Below are positions 49,801 through 60,739 of a stretch of 64,000 bases of DNA, piece by piece. The translations under genes were made by a program, and so were the position numbers. A model generated the notes under the pieces. That model made no database searches. It saw nothing but the letters and a program-made list of their open reading frames with translations, and had not been told where the DNA came from. Positions within the stretch are counted from its first letter, which is position 1. Each line of letters begins with the position of its first letter. Source of the DNA: Mytilus trossulus (taxonomy: Eukaryota); contig NC_086382.1 in assembly GCF_036588685.1 (NCBI RefSeq), positions 59,396,001-59,460,000 on the forward strand, written 5' to 3'.

Positions 49801-52800
49801 ACCACCAATGAGGCAATATCTGATGGACGGAGAATTCTTTGCAGGAGCAGCTCTAGCCACTACCCTTACCAAACTTGCTCTTAGATTTATAGAGTGTACT
49901 GAAAATGTCAAGAGACAAAATGTAAGTAATTTAATGGATTAATATGAATTGCAAGAGGAGGCACTTCAAAATTTCATTATTGTTTACTGTCTAGTTTTAG
50001 GGGGTGTTGTTTGTTTTGTTTTGTTTCGTTAATTTTGTTTTACACTACTTTTAAGTGGGATAATGCAGTATTCCAGTATATATTTTTATTGTTTCTTGAT
50101 AGTCTTTTAACACAGTTTAATATGACATTAGTTATTGAATTCAATACATCTTAATGAAGGAAATAAACAGTTAACACAAATCACACAAAAGATTTATTGC
50201 TAAATAATAAATAATGAATATTAAAAGTCTATAGTAAATACTTTCCTAGTTATAACCTGATTTATAACATAATCTTTTGCAGTCATTTGTAGCAGAGGCT
50301 ATGTTGATAATGGCATCCATCATACATTTTGGCAAATCTGGACTACCAACAAAGGTACAGTATAGAATATTTTAGGGATTAATCCTATGCAAGGAATAGA
50401 GATTTGAAAATTTTGTGCCAATATATCTGTCCTGACTGTTATTATTATATCACTTTTTCAGATATTATTTAACTGGTAAACAAATTTGTCTCCCATTAAA
50501 AAAATCACACAGGTTCCCTTAAACTATGGCATCACAATTCACAATAAAAAAGTGATTGTTGCTTGACGTCTAAAGGTTATTCAGGGCAGATTTAAGGTCA
50601 TTTTGAGACAAAATTCAGCCAAATACCTATAGTGTAAATATGTTTCTTGTCTTTTGTCTTAAATTTAATTCACCAAGGATTACTGATAAGATATTTTAAT
50701 TATGGAAAGTTTTTCTTTAAACAACTGAAATCAATGGCATGTTATTGACTGGTTGATATAGATGATATATCTCCTTGTTTCAGCCAATGACAGATGACGA
50801 TGTAGATCGTATTGCTACCTGTTTAAGAGTACTAGCAGAGAGGAGTTCTCTAATGAAAGAGATATTTAATGACGGCTGTAGAGAGTCACTATCTTTGATG
50901 TTGGCCTCTAAAGTTGAGGAGGAGAAAGAATTACAAAAAGTAAGATTCATAAATTTGTTGATAATTTTATGGATAAAAAACTTTTAATTGTGACAAGTAA
51001 CAAGCATTTTTAAATTTAAACGTTATAATGATTGACATAATTTATAAGCTAACTTAGATTAATTGAAGAAGAAATGCCACCTTTATATATTTATATGCTC
51101 AACTAGTTTGATGTTTTAGTGTAACTTTGTACCCTTGGATTTAAAGTTAAATCCTTCACAAAGTTTTTTTTATTAAACCGTGAAAGAAAATATTAGTTGA
51201 AACTGGATTGTTTTCAAACCACAACAGTTATCCACATACTTAATAATTATAATCTCTGCAACTGCATGCAAGTCATTATAAATTTCAGCTAACCTCTATA
51301 TGAGATAAATTTTTAAAAAGTTCTTTTGATCTCATATACTAAATTGAAAGAAACTAACTGTATTTATTGTAAAAACTATGCATTGTATTTTCAGGCCTCT
51401 GAAAGGAAAGCTGTTAAAGTACAAGCTGATGATCCTATTGCCTTTAATCAGTTGATCAACAAGAGTGAACTGGGAGCTACAGAGGTGTGTACAGTTTGTT
51501 TTGACATTTATAATTAGAAAAGTCACTTGAATTTAATAGTGACCTCATTGTAGAGGGAAAAAGGTATTCTGATTTATGTCTTTTCAGTCTCATGAAATTT
51601 TCATTGCAATTTTCTCAGGCATTACAAATCAGAGCTACCTAAAATTTCATATCAAAAAACCTCATTTGAGCATGTTATATGTTTTCACATCCATTTCTCA
51701 TCATGTTTATTGAATTCATGTATATTTCTACAAGAAATGACCATCCATGTCAACTCTCAGAAGTTAGAATCAGAGTTTCACATGAGCATGCGTTTCAGGT
51801 GATTCCTTTTCTACATCCAAGGTTAATCAACTTCCAGTTTATTGAATACTTGTTACTGAAATATCATTACTGAGAGTTTTGAAAAATATAAATGAATAAA
51901 ACCTTTGACATTGTAGAACATGTTTGAGCTAACCCTCTCCCAAGCCTTAGGAATGAGCAGTAAGAAGGATGCAGATCCTATAGGAGCCTCTAAACTAAAC
52001 AAAGTCACCCAGCTGACTGGTTTCTCTGACCCTGTCTATGCTGAAGCCTATGTGAATGTGAACCAGTTTGATATTGTTCTGGATGTCCTGATTGTTAACC
52101 AGACATCTGATACATTACAGAACCTTACCCTTGAACTAGCTACACTTGGTAAGTTCATAAGAAAAACAGAAAAGAATTCCATAATATAAAGAAAAATACT
52201 TGAAATATTCCAATAAAAATCATTAGTTTTACTAAAAAGTAGGATTTCGCCAAAAAATAAATTGTTGCTTTCAAACTTTTTTTTTCCATATTATTTTTTT
52301 AAGATTTTGTTTAATAAGAGCACTCTTATGATTTATCGTTTGCGTTTCTTATTATTTATTTATAATTTATTTCTGTTAACAGGTGACCTGAAGTTGGTAG
52401 AGAAGCCATCACCTTTGATGTTAGCTCCACATGACTTCTGTAATATCAAGGCTAATGTTAAAGTAGCTTCTACAGAGAATGGTATCATATTTGGAAATAT
52501 AGGTAAGAATTATAGAATAGTATGTCTAGGTCATTTAAAGGATTTTATTGAATAATTCTTTAATGAGTATTCATCAATTAAAACAATATATATAGAGTAT
52601 AAAGTATAAATATGTTGTATGCTTGCCAATGAGACAACTATTCACTATAGACCAAAGGATTTATACAACTGCAGGTTGGTTTTGCGCATTTTAAATTGCT
52701 TGGATCGCCAAACATTTTTTATACGACCGCAAATTTTGAAAAAAATTTCGTCGTATATTGCTATCACGTTGGCGTCGTCGTCGTCCGAATACTTTTAGTT

Positions 52801-55800
52801 TTCACACTCTAACTTTAGTAAAAGTGAATAGAAATCTATGAAATTTTAACACAAGGTATATGACCATAAAAGGAAGGTTGGTATTGATTTTGGGAGTTTT
52901 GGTCCCAACATTTTAGGAAATAGGGGCCAAAAAGGGCCCAAATAAGCATTTTCTTGGTTTTCGCACTATAACTTTAGTTTAAGTCAATAGAAATCTATGA
53001 AATTTTGACACAAGGTTTATGACCACAAAAGAAAGGTTGGGATTGATTTTGGGAGTTTTGGTTTCAACAGTTTAGGAATAAGGGGCCAAAAAAGGGCCGA
53101 AATAAGCATTATTCTTGGTTTTCTCACAATAACTTTAGTTTAAGTAAATAGAAATCAATGAAATTTAAACACAATGTTTATGACCACAAAAGGAAGATTG
53201 GTATTGATTTTGGGAGTTTAGGTCCCAACAGTTTAGGAATTAGGGGCCAAAAAGGGACCCAAATAAGCATTTTTCTTGGTTTTCGCAACATAACATTAAT
53301 AGAAATCTTTGAAATTTAAACACAAGGTTTATGACCATAAAAGGAAGGTTGGTATTGATTTTGGCAGTTTTGGTCCCAACAGTTTAGGAAAAAGGGGTCC
53401 AAAGGGTCCAAAATTAAACTTTGTTTGATTTCATCAAAATTTAATAATTGGGGTTCTTTGATATGCCGAATCTAACTGTGTATGTAGATTCTTAACTTTT
53501 GGTCATGTTTTCAAATTGGTCTACATTAAGGTCCAAAGGGTCCAAAATTAAACTTAGTTTGATTTTGACAAAAAATGAATCGGTTGGGTTCTTTGATATG
53601 TTGAATCTAAAAATGTACATTGATTCTTGATTATTGGCCCAGTTTTCAAGTTGGTCCAAATCTGGGTCCAAAATTAAACTTTATTTGATTACATCAAAAA
53701 TTGAATAAATGGGGTTCTTAGATATGCCAAATCTAACTGTGTATGTAGATTCTTCATTTTTGGTCCCGTTTTCAAATTGGCCTACATTAAGGTCTAAAGG
53801 GTCCATAATTAAACTAAGTTTGATTTTAACAAAAATTAAATTCTTGGGCCTCTTTGATATGCTGAATCTAAACATGTACTTAGATTTTTGATTATGGGCC
53901 CAGTTTTCAAGTTGGTCCAAATCAGGATCTAAAATTATTATATTAAGTATTGTGCAATAGCAAATCTTTTCAATTGCACAGTATTGTACAATGGCAAGAA
54001 ATATCTAATTTCACAATATTGTGAAATAGCAAATTTTTTTTTTAATTAGAGTTATCTTTCTTTGTCCAGAATAGTAAGCAAGAAATATCTTATTGCAAGA
54101 ATTTTTTTTAATGGGAGTTATCTTTCTTTGTCCAGAATCAACTTAAATCTTTGTTATATACAATATACAATGTATATTCACTTTTTACTACCAACTGATA
54201 AATTTAAATAATCTTTACCATTCAGTGATAACAAGCAGTTTTTTTACATCTTAATATTTTATGATGTATTTAAATGAGTAGTTATTGTTGCAAACTCCAT
54301 TAGAAAAATTTAATTGAGATTAGTTTTGGAATAAGGGAAAGGGGGATGTGATTAAAAAATTGGGTTCAATTTTTCTCATTTGAAATTTCATAAATAAAAA
54401 GAAAATGTCTTCAAACATTTTTTTGAGAGGATTAATATTCAACAGCATAGTGAATTGCTCTAAGAGAAAACAAAAATTTTAAGTTCATTAGAACACATTC
54501 ATTCTGTGTCAGAAACCTATGCTGTGTCAACTATTTAATCACAATCCAAATTTAGAGCTGAATCCAGCTTGAATGTTGTGTCCATACTTGCCCCAACTGT
54601 TCAGGGTTCAACCTCTGCGGTCGTATAAAGCTACCCCCTGCGGAGCATCTGGTTTTTAATGCCAACGCCGTATTGGAGGGGGCAATAAGTTTTACACTTG
54701 TCCGTGTAAGTCCAAAATTGATTTCCGTCCTCTTAACTTAAGTTTGCCTCAATCAAATGTTATAAGATTTATATACAATGCTGATTACCACAAATCACAG
54801 ATTAAGTTTGAATTTGGACAGCGTCACTTTTACCATTCTAGTTTCTTGCATCGTTCATCATATTTCTTTATCTTTTATCCTACAGTGTATGATGTTAGTG
54901 GAGCTGCCAGTGACCGTAACTGTGTTGTCCTGAATGATATCCATATTGACATCATGGACTACATTGTCCCTGCCTCATGTAATGATGGAGAGTTCAGACA
55001 GATGTGGGCAGAGTTTGAATGGGAAAACAAAGTGGCTGTCAACACCAATATATCTGATTTACAAATTTTCCTTCAACATGTCATAAAGTGTACTAACATG
55101 AAATGTTTAACACCAGATAAGGTGAGTGCTATGTTATATTTGATTTTCACTTTGATCATGTTAAAAATAATTATAGGTTAAAGCTCTTTCATTTATTTTC
55201 ATTTTCTTATCTGCATGATATTGCCTGCTGAAAGTAAACAATCACATAAATTTTTTCTCTCAAATATACAACAAATATTAATATAACAACTGCTATCGAA
55301 AAGTATAAAAGTGTAAATAGCTGGTAGCATTTGAAACACTGTACAAATTGTGAATACAAATAAGCATTTAAAGCACTGAACAAATCTTATGAACAAATAA
55401 GTAAAGAAAATTTCAAGTAGAACCAAATGTAACTGCTTTGCATTTCAATTTTTATAACATATTTTTTATACTGTCTTATATCAACACAATCAAATTTTAA
55501 AGTTTACTAGTATTGGATTTAATAATGCATTATTTTACATTTCTTTTTTAGTTTGAATTTAAATGTTTTAAAAGTTTTTATTATTTAATTAAATTGCCAA
55601 AAGGGCATACCTGGTATTTGAATTTAAGTTGAAAAAAAAAAAAATTTCATTTTGATTTACAAACAAATTTCTATTTCTATTTCTCAAAAGCTGTGAAGAT
55701 TCAGGAGATAATATTGGAAAAGGGTATGCGGTACTGCTAATGTTATCACCAATAATTTCTATATTTTTTCCCTCAAACTGGATTTTAAACTATTGTATTT

Positions 55801-57426
55801 CCCATTTCAGGCTTTATCAGGAGAATGTGGCTTCATGGCAGCCAACTTGTATGCCAAGTCTATTTTTGGTGAAGATGTCCTTGCTAATTTGAGTATTGAG
55901 AAACCAGTCCATCTACCACCAACTGCACCTGTCCAGGGACATATCAGGATCAGAGCTAAAAGCCAGGTAGGTACTAGTGTAGATTTACAAGTTGCTCCGA
56001 CAGAAATATATAGTGTACTGGAAACCTTTATAAGAACTAGATTTCACTATCAGGCTCTTTTACCATCGCCAAACAGTTTACATTGCATTTATACAGGTTA
56101 GAGGTCAAATTTAACCAAGTCATATCAATAGATATAAAAATGTAGTATGGGTGCCAATGAGACAACTTCCATCCAAGTCACTATTTATAAAAATAAACCA
56201 TTATAGGTCAAAGTACAGTCTTCAACACAGAGCCTTTGTTCACATCACACCAAACAGCAAGGTCATAAATTATTTTTTTGTACTGGGAATTTAACCTTAT
56301 AGTGTCATTGCAGACTGGCCAATTTTTGCTAGTTGTTTATGTAACTTCAACCCAAATTTGTTCATAATTCTCTGAAAAGACTCTGATATCGTTTGGGTTT
56401 ACCTATAACAATTGTTATTATAAGCTTTAAACAATTCTCTAGCAAAAACTACATACATCTGTATAGGTATAATATCAATAGTAGCAGATAGATTATTTGT
56501 ATAATGTATTGTGTTAATGAGTGTGAAATGGAATAAACAAAGATTTTAGTGTTTTATCATGTGTATTAATTAAGAAATAATTCATGGGGGCTTGAATATA
56601 TTGTGAATTTACCACAGGTTGGCCCTTTATGACCAATATTTTACCCTGAGCAACAGCGAGGGGTACAGTAACTTCTTAAAGGGACAACCTGTGGTAAAAT
56701 CTAGATATATTCAAGCCCCCATGAATTATTTCGATTCTAATAGGACAAATACATCAATTCTTTTGGATCGAAGCGCTCTAGATAGGAGGCAAATATTTGC
56801 TGTTTCCATAAATAAACACACTTTTGAAATGGCGTAAAAGAACGGAGCAAACAAATTAGTGACATGCTTAAACTATTTACAAAAGCGTATTTAGAAAATT
56901 TTGGATGAATTTAAATGATAATTCACTAATATGTTTTATTTGTATAAAAAAATGGCTTATACAACAATTTAGCATCGATTGTTTACGTTTCAATGTTGTG
57001 ATGATTTTCGGTTTCACAAGCGTGTATTTTCCTGTAAAATGCTTATATTCTGACGTCATCGTATTATGACGTCAGGTATCTCATTCATAAACAAACTTAT
57101 TACGTGGGAGTGCGATCGGAACAGCCTTATCAATATATTCATATTTTACTAAAAGTGTTTGAAGGACGTCATGTTAGAATAATTTATAAACTCTAATGAA
57201 CTAATAGAAATATAAGTGCAACATATTTCATTAATTTTGTTATATTCACTAGTTTACATGACAGTTGGTATAGCATTAATTAAGGATTAAGATAATAAAA
57301 AAAAGTTTGCAATCTAAATATTCTGAATTGTTTGCCTTTCTATTTCAGGGTATGGCATTAAGCATGGGTGATAAGATCAACCTGTCACAGAAATCTGGAG
57401 CCAAAATGACTGCAGTAGCAAAATAA
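31822..57426 (+). CDS. COPB1: Coatomer subunit beta (beta-COP), 21 coding exons, 957 aa
   Basis: Manually spliced GT-AG exons: 31822-31915, 32578-32807, 33198-33367, 39124-39238, 39844-39936, 43590-43727, 44328-44447, 47239-47346, 47692-47835, 48296-48441, 48738-48834, 49417-49574, 49801-49921, 50283-50354, 50784-50939, 51395-51484, 51917-52148, 52383-52502, 54886-55121, 55811-55966, 57349-57426. Sum is 2874 nt, in frame, from [14 protein letters not shown] to TAVAK*. Recognisable beta-COP motifs: [131 protein letters not shown]. Confidence 0.97.
33505..33955 (+). mobile_element. HINE-like element, shorter family
   Basis: TTATGCCCC start, (GTCT)n microsatellite, two ~160-bp internal repeats, GGGGGCAT end. 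Relatives at ~42180-42510 and 54655-54840; similar architecture at ~3285-3540 and 43153-43390. Confidence 0.6.
35670..35893. repeat. Perfect 75-bp inverted repeat plus adjacent 21-bp palindrome and ~31-bp direct repeat
   Basis: Arms 35670-35744 and 35746-35820 are exact reverse complements with a 1-nt spacer. Second palindrome at 35850-35870 / 35873-35893. Confidence 0.95.
36021..38785 (-). CDS. PHYHIP-like paralogue C, nested antisense in a COPB1 intron (5' end undetermined)
   Basis: Phase-compatible exons 38785-38500, 38079-38000, 37572-37239 and 36694-36021, all GT-AG and open in one frame. The last exon has [48 protein letters not shown]. It lies inside the COPB1 intron 33368-39123. Confidence 0.85.
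40125..40666. mobile_element. Kolobok-like MITE
   Basis: TTAA|GGTGGCTCAGGCCTATTCGA ... TCGAATAGTCCCGAGCTACC|TAAA imperfect TIRs. Confidence 0.65.
45126..45707 (-). CDS. Unknown ORF2 of the LTR element (-1 frame to gag, internal repeat)
   Basis: Open for ~200 codons. The track's start is TTG, not ATG. Internal duplication [21 protein letters not shown] / [21 protein letters not shown]. No protease, RT or integrase motifs. Confidence 0.45.
   Translation of the reverse strand: MKHEEFCDVIEATEFEVAKVLDKEIAILKLPHVKKQAVVTGGTENVIVRKAEMKYEELNEIVEATEVAVANVSKLMTTNFGSPNVEQQKIPSGKVEVVSVRKLAPIEQSDVQFDISKNDDEKNYDKPRVSIYTGLSRPVYGKDFTYKELVRRNGFTQFRDSNIYENSYTRDVCSCESSMLPEMNWKTRKRNLS
45704..46480 (-). CDS. Retrotransposon Gag (capsid-like) protein, 258 aa
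   Basis: Intact ATG ORF inside the LTR element. LPEFDG...FWMKF...[13 protein letters not shown]...LKSRFG...ESVQEY...E...RKSFP matches the Ty3/gypsy capsid pattern. Confidence 0.8.
   Translation of the reverse strand: MSWCDLPEFDGIELFEGFWMKFSIFAERFNLSSSDMAFYLVTSLRGKALEYVSYLPHRDLYNVTVLYSALKSRFGDIETAQICRMKLRNITMLTSESVQEYVCRTEINVRKSFPGVNEDLLVKLITEYAIYGYPDGNIGYRVLTKEPSTVSELIKEILWQEHCRQYLKSVEKSCCTEDSNFEKHFEIGNKRNMNFKEHDIRRNKVSENTVVDMQNDISLYSSNQKLGKENYNVGKLNVRNNFVYPNEQSVYYIAEHMN
52717..54654 (+). mobile_element. Helentron-associated non-autonomous element (HINE/DINE-1-like) with internal satellite arrays
   Basis: 5' subTIR TTATACGACCGCA, (GTC)n microsatellite, ~4 x 160-bp repeats (52795-53400), 2 x 260-bp dimeric repeats (53400-53930), 3' subTIR TGCGGTCGTATAA followed by a short GC-rich stem-loop, inserted in T-runs. 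Confidence 0.85.
56574..57180. repeat. Fold-back repeat with ~50-bp inverted arms
   Basis: GAAATAATTCATGGGGGCTTGAATATAT..TTTACCACAGGTTG pairs with CAACCTGTGGTAAA..ATATATTCAAGCCCCCATGAATTATTTC (56574-56731). Then ATTCTAATAGGAC ... GTCATGTTAGAAT forms a second inverted pair. Confidence 0.6.
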
Positions 57427-58064
57427 ACTGAAATCTAGAACTTATTGAACAGACAAAATAATATATTATATGACTTTAAAAATAAACTGTGTTTGTGTGT
57501 ATTCAATGAAAAAAATAATTTATATTTGTCAAATTATTTAAAACATATTTAAGAGAATTATGGTAAAAAAGATGTTTATTTAATTTCAAAATCTTTGCTG
57601 AAGTCAGTAGACCTTATTTGGAGTTTTATATATTCTTCTATATTGTAAAGCTTATGTGTTGATGTTATCAATCTTGAAAACTTTTGTCACTTCATTCAAA
57701 TAAATTCTAACCACGTTATCATTTCCTTTGTGTTACACTTCATAGATGATAATTTGACTGCTTATGATGTTGTTGACAACTGATCAATTTTGGTAAACCA
57801 TGGTCTGCATTCCATTCACAATTTGCATGCAATCTACCCCAAAAAAACATATTTTGTAAATGCAAAAATAAAGAAAGATGTGAACTAACAATCTACCTCA
57901 TTTAACAAAAAAAACTTGTTAACTGAATTGTTCATGACTAGTCCTTTCCAAAGTGTTCTGTTCTTCCCTTCCTAAATTCTGACTGACCAGGCCAAAAATG
58001 AGATTACAGTTGATGTCAACAGACCTTAAAATTTTCCTTCATGTGACTTTTCCAGAAATATGTC

Positions 58065-58620
58065 TTTTTATACCTCGCTATAAAAAAGTGGTGCTATTCT
58101 GTTTACCTCTGTCTGTCAGTCTGTCAATCCATCCGTTAGTCTGTCCATCCATCTATCAGTCTGTCTGTCCCATAAATATTTCTCGTTGCATCTTTCTCAG
58201 GAACTACATCATAAGGATTTTTGAAATTTGGTTTGAAGGTTTATATAAGTCAGCAATACTGTGTGATGCATGTGAAAATGTATCACTCAACTACTTCCTG
58301 TTAATGGAACACTTGTATCATTTTACAAATGTTAGTCAAGTTGAAAATTTTCATCACATTTTTCTCAGGAGCTACAATGCAAGGATTTCTGAAATTTGGT
58401 TTTCGAGTTTATATAATTCAGCTGTACCTTGTGATGTGTTTTCAGAGTCATCACTCAACAACTTTTGTTTACCAAACACTTGCATAATATTTTACGTATG
58501 ATGAGGTGAAAATTTTCATCAATTTTTTATCAGGTGGTACAATAAAAGGATTTCTAAAATTTGGCTGGATGATACGAGTCAGCTGTAATGTGTTTTCGGA
58601 TTCATCATGCAGCAACTTCT
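58065..58620 (+). mobile_element. HINE-like element with ~155-bp tandem core
   Basis: TTTTTATACCTCGC start, (CTGT/CCAT)n microsatellite, and three degenerate repeats of TTTTTCTCAGGAxCTACA...AGGATTT..GAAATTTGG. Confidence 0.6.
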
Positions 58621-59257
58621 TGGTTTAATAGCTTCCTTATAAGCAGCAACCTTCTATCAAGGACTTCTTGTTAGGACATACAAGCCCTGGAAAGTCGTAT
58701 CAACAGGGATATGTTTACTCTGTATATAGGTACAGCTGGAATTTCGCTGCATAGTAATGGAAAAATTGTTTGATTGTTAGTTGAAAAACGTCATAAAAAC
58801 GTCTCTCATACACCAATAATTTTATAGCTAACTTCTTACACACCAATGTCTCATATAACCTTTAACCATTACTGCTGATTGTTTGGTTCACAAATGTATG
58901 CTCTCTTTTCCCTACAAACTATATAAGCTAGAAACAACAATAGATGAAATAAATCTACGTGCTAGCTCTCACAAATTTGATTGTAATAAAAAAAAAATTT
59001 CATGAAGACAAATTAAAAAAATCCTTGAAAAACTCAAAACAAACTAATACACTACAAAAAATAAACAAATTCATGAATTATTTTCTAACTTTTTATCCTT
59101 TTTTGCACACTGATAGACTAGTATTTTTGATTGTTTTTCTGTTACCAAAGCTCCAAGAACAGCCACCTTGGACATTAGCTCAACTTATTTTCGAACTTAA
59201 TACAAAACTGGAGTTGATTTCAAGAATGATTAACAAGTAGACACAGACACGTTTAGT

Positions 59258-60739
59258 TTACTTCAAATTGTAAGTCACTATTAATCGTCCGTCATTGTTC
59301 ACAACCATAATAGACTTTGTAGAATAACAGGAACAGATCGAGCGAGGGAGATTTATTCCATCGTCTTTGTTCAATACAACAGAACAGTGTTCTCCGTCAT
59401 TGTCAATTCTGTGTAACGTATTTGACAGGAAACCTGTAATATAAATGTCCCCTTCATTGGAAACAGAGATTCCATTGAGATATTCTAAGTCAGGGGGTGA
59501 AATTTCAAACAGTTTTACTCCGTTTATGTCTATGCAATAAATAGTGTTACAGTGCATTGTTCCTCCTACAACTGTGTCGTCTGATCTTCCACAGAGTATA
59601 TGTTTTCCAGTTATGTCTGGAATCAAATTTTCAACTTCAAAATCAGAATTTAAAACAAATAAACCTTTGATTTTACCATTTAGAACCAGACGATGTCCTG
59701 TTTGTGCGATCCCATGACATTCATCCTCTAGCTTAATTTGTCTATGAACCTTTCGGGTTTTTAAATCTAGAATTACTACTTTTCTTTCATTGGCCAATGT
59801 CATGGCAACCAAATCATCTGGCATAGTAGCAAGACATAAAGGATTATGGGAAAGTTCCATTTCTACTTTTTCTAAACCGTTTTGATCGTAAACTACTAAT
59901 TTACGATTGTTTAAATTAGTTACAACGATATCTCCATTATGCAAAAGTTTTATGTCTGAGGAGGACTGAAAATCTGTATCGTTAGAAATTCTAAATTCGC
60001 CAACCTTTTGAAGACTTTGGTCTTTCTGCTGGACTTGGTTCGTCTTGTCTTTTTTGGGGAACGCGGTACTTGGTTCTGGATTCTGTGCAGTAGCTGTACG
60101 TTTCACTTGAGTGTATGCAAGTTTTAGTCCTTTCAAAAAGTCTTGCAAATCGTTGGATATTGTGAATGTCAAAGTTACATTTTCAAACTTTCTTTCTATC
60201 TTAGAAGCATGTTTTTCAATAACTGAGAAGGAATTATTAATCTTAGACATGTAAACGTATGACTGTAAACTTAATTCTTTTCTGGCCATTTCCTCGACAT
60301 TTTTCACCCATTCATGCAAACTATTCTTTTTACTCGTTACACCAACTTCTCTTTGTTTCAGTATCTCTGTTTCTTGATTGTACAGGTCATTGAAATTCTC
60401 TCTAATTTTATTTTCAGCTTCGTCAATGTATGCATCTATTTGTTTTCTAAACTGCTGTAAATCAATTTCAAATTTGTCCTTTTGCATTAACAGATGTTTC
60501 CTACTTTTGTAGAATTCTTTGTACAATTCATCTAATAGAGTGTTAGTTTTATTCATACGTTTGAGGATATCGGCCATTTTTATACCGATATCTTTTTCGT
60601 TTGTGTACGGATCCATCACTTCCATGTTACATGTAGGCTTGTGTGAAACCCTCTTGCACTCAGAACAACAAGGAACATCATGATCAGTACAGTAAAATAA
60701 ATAAACCTGTTCACGATGTATACGGCAACTGAAGTCCAT
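59258..60739 (-). CDS. RING-less TRIM-like protein: B-box zinc finger, coiled coil, NHL/six-bladed beta-propeller (493 aa)
   Basis: Single coding exon. CRIH...FYCTDHDVPCCSECKRVSHKPTC is a B-box2 pattern, followed by a long heptad-rich helix and propeller-type repeats (NGDIVVTN, PLCLA, CHGIA, LNGISVSNEGDIYITG, LPRSIC). Acceptor at 60748-60750. A strong donor GAG|GTGAGT at 61130 would put an in-frame TGA upstream, supporting ATG 60739 as the start. Confidence 0.85.
   Translation of the reverse strand: MDFSCRIHREQVYLFYCTDHDVPCCSECKRVSHKPTCNMEVMDPYTNEKDIGIKMADILKRMNKTNTLLDELYKEFYKSRKHLLMQKDKFEIDLQQFRKQIDAYIDEAENKIRENFNDLYNQETEILKQREVGVTSKKNSLHEWVKNVEEMARKELSLQSYVYMSKINNSFSVIEKHASKIERKFENVTLTFTISNDLQDFLKGLKLAYTQVKRTATAQNPEPSTAFPKKDKTNQVQQKDQSLQKVGEFRISNDTDFQSSSDIKLLHNGDIVVTNLNNRKLVVYDQNGLEKVEMELSHNPLCLATMPDDLVAMTLANERKVVILDLKTRKVHRQIKLEDECHGIAQTGHRLVLNGKIKGLFVLNSDFEVENLIPDITGKHILCGRSDDTVVGGTMHCNTIYCIDINGVKLFEISPPDLEYLNGISVSNEGDIYITGFLSNTLHRIDNDGEHCSVVLNKDDGINLPRSICSCYSTKSIMVVNNDGRLIVTYNLK

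Noticed and set aside
52795-53930. CRISPR-like array
   Set aside because: Eukaryotic context; whole units repeat with no unique spacers, so it is a satellite core of a HINE.
57998-58501. 167-aa ORF downstream of COPB1
   Set aside because: Lies in a tandem-repeat mobile element; the peptide periodicity mirrors the DNA repeat and no domain is recognisable.
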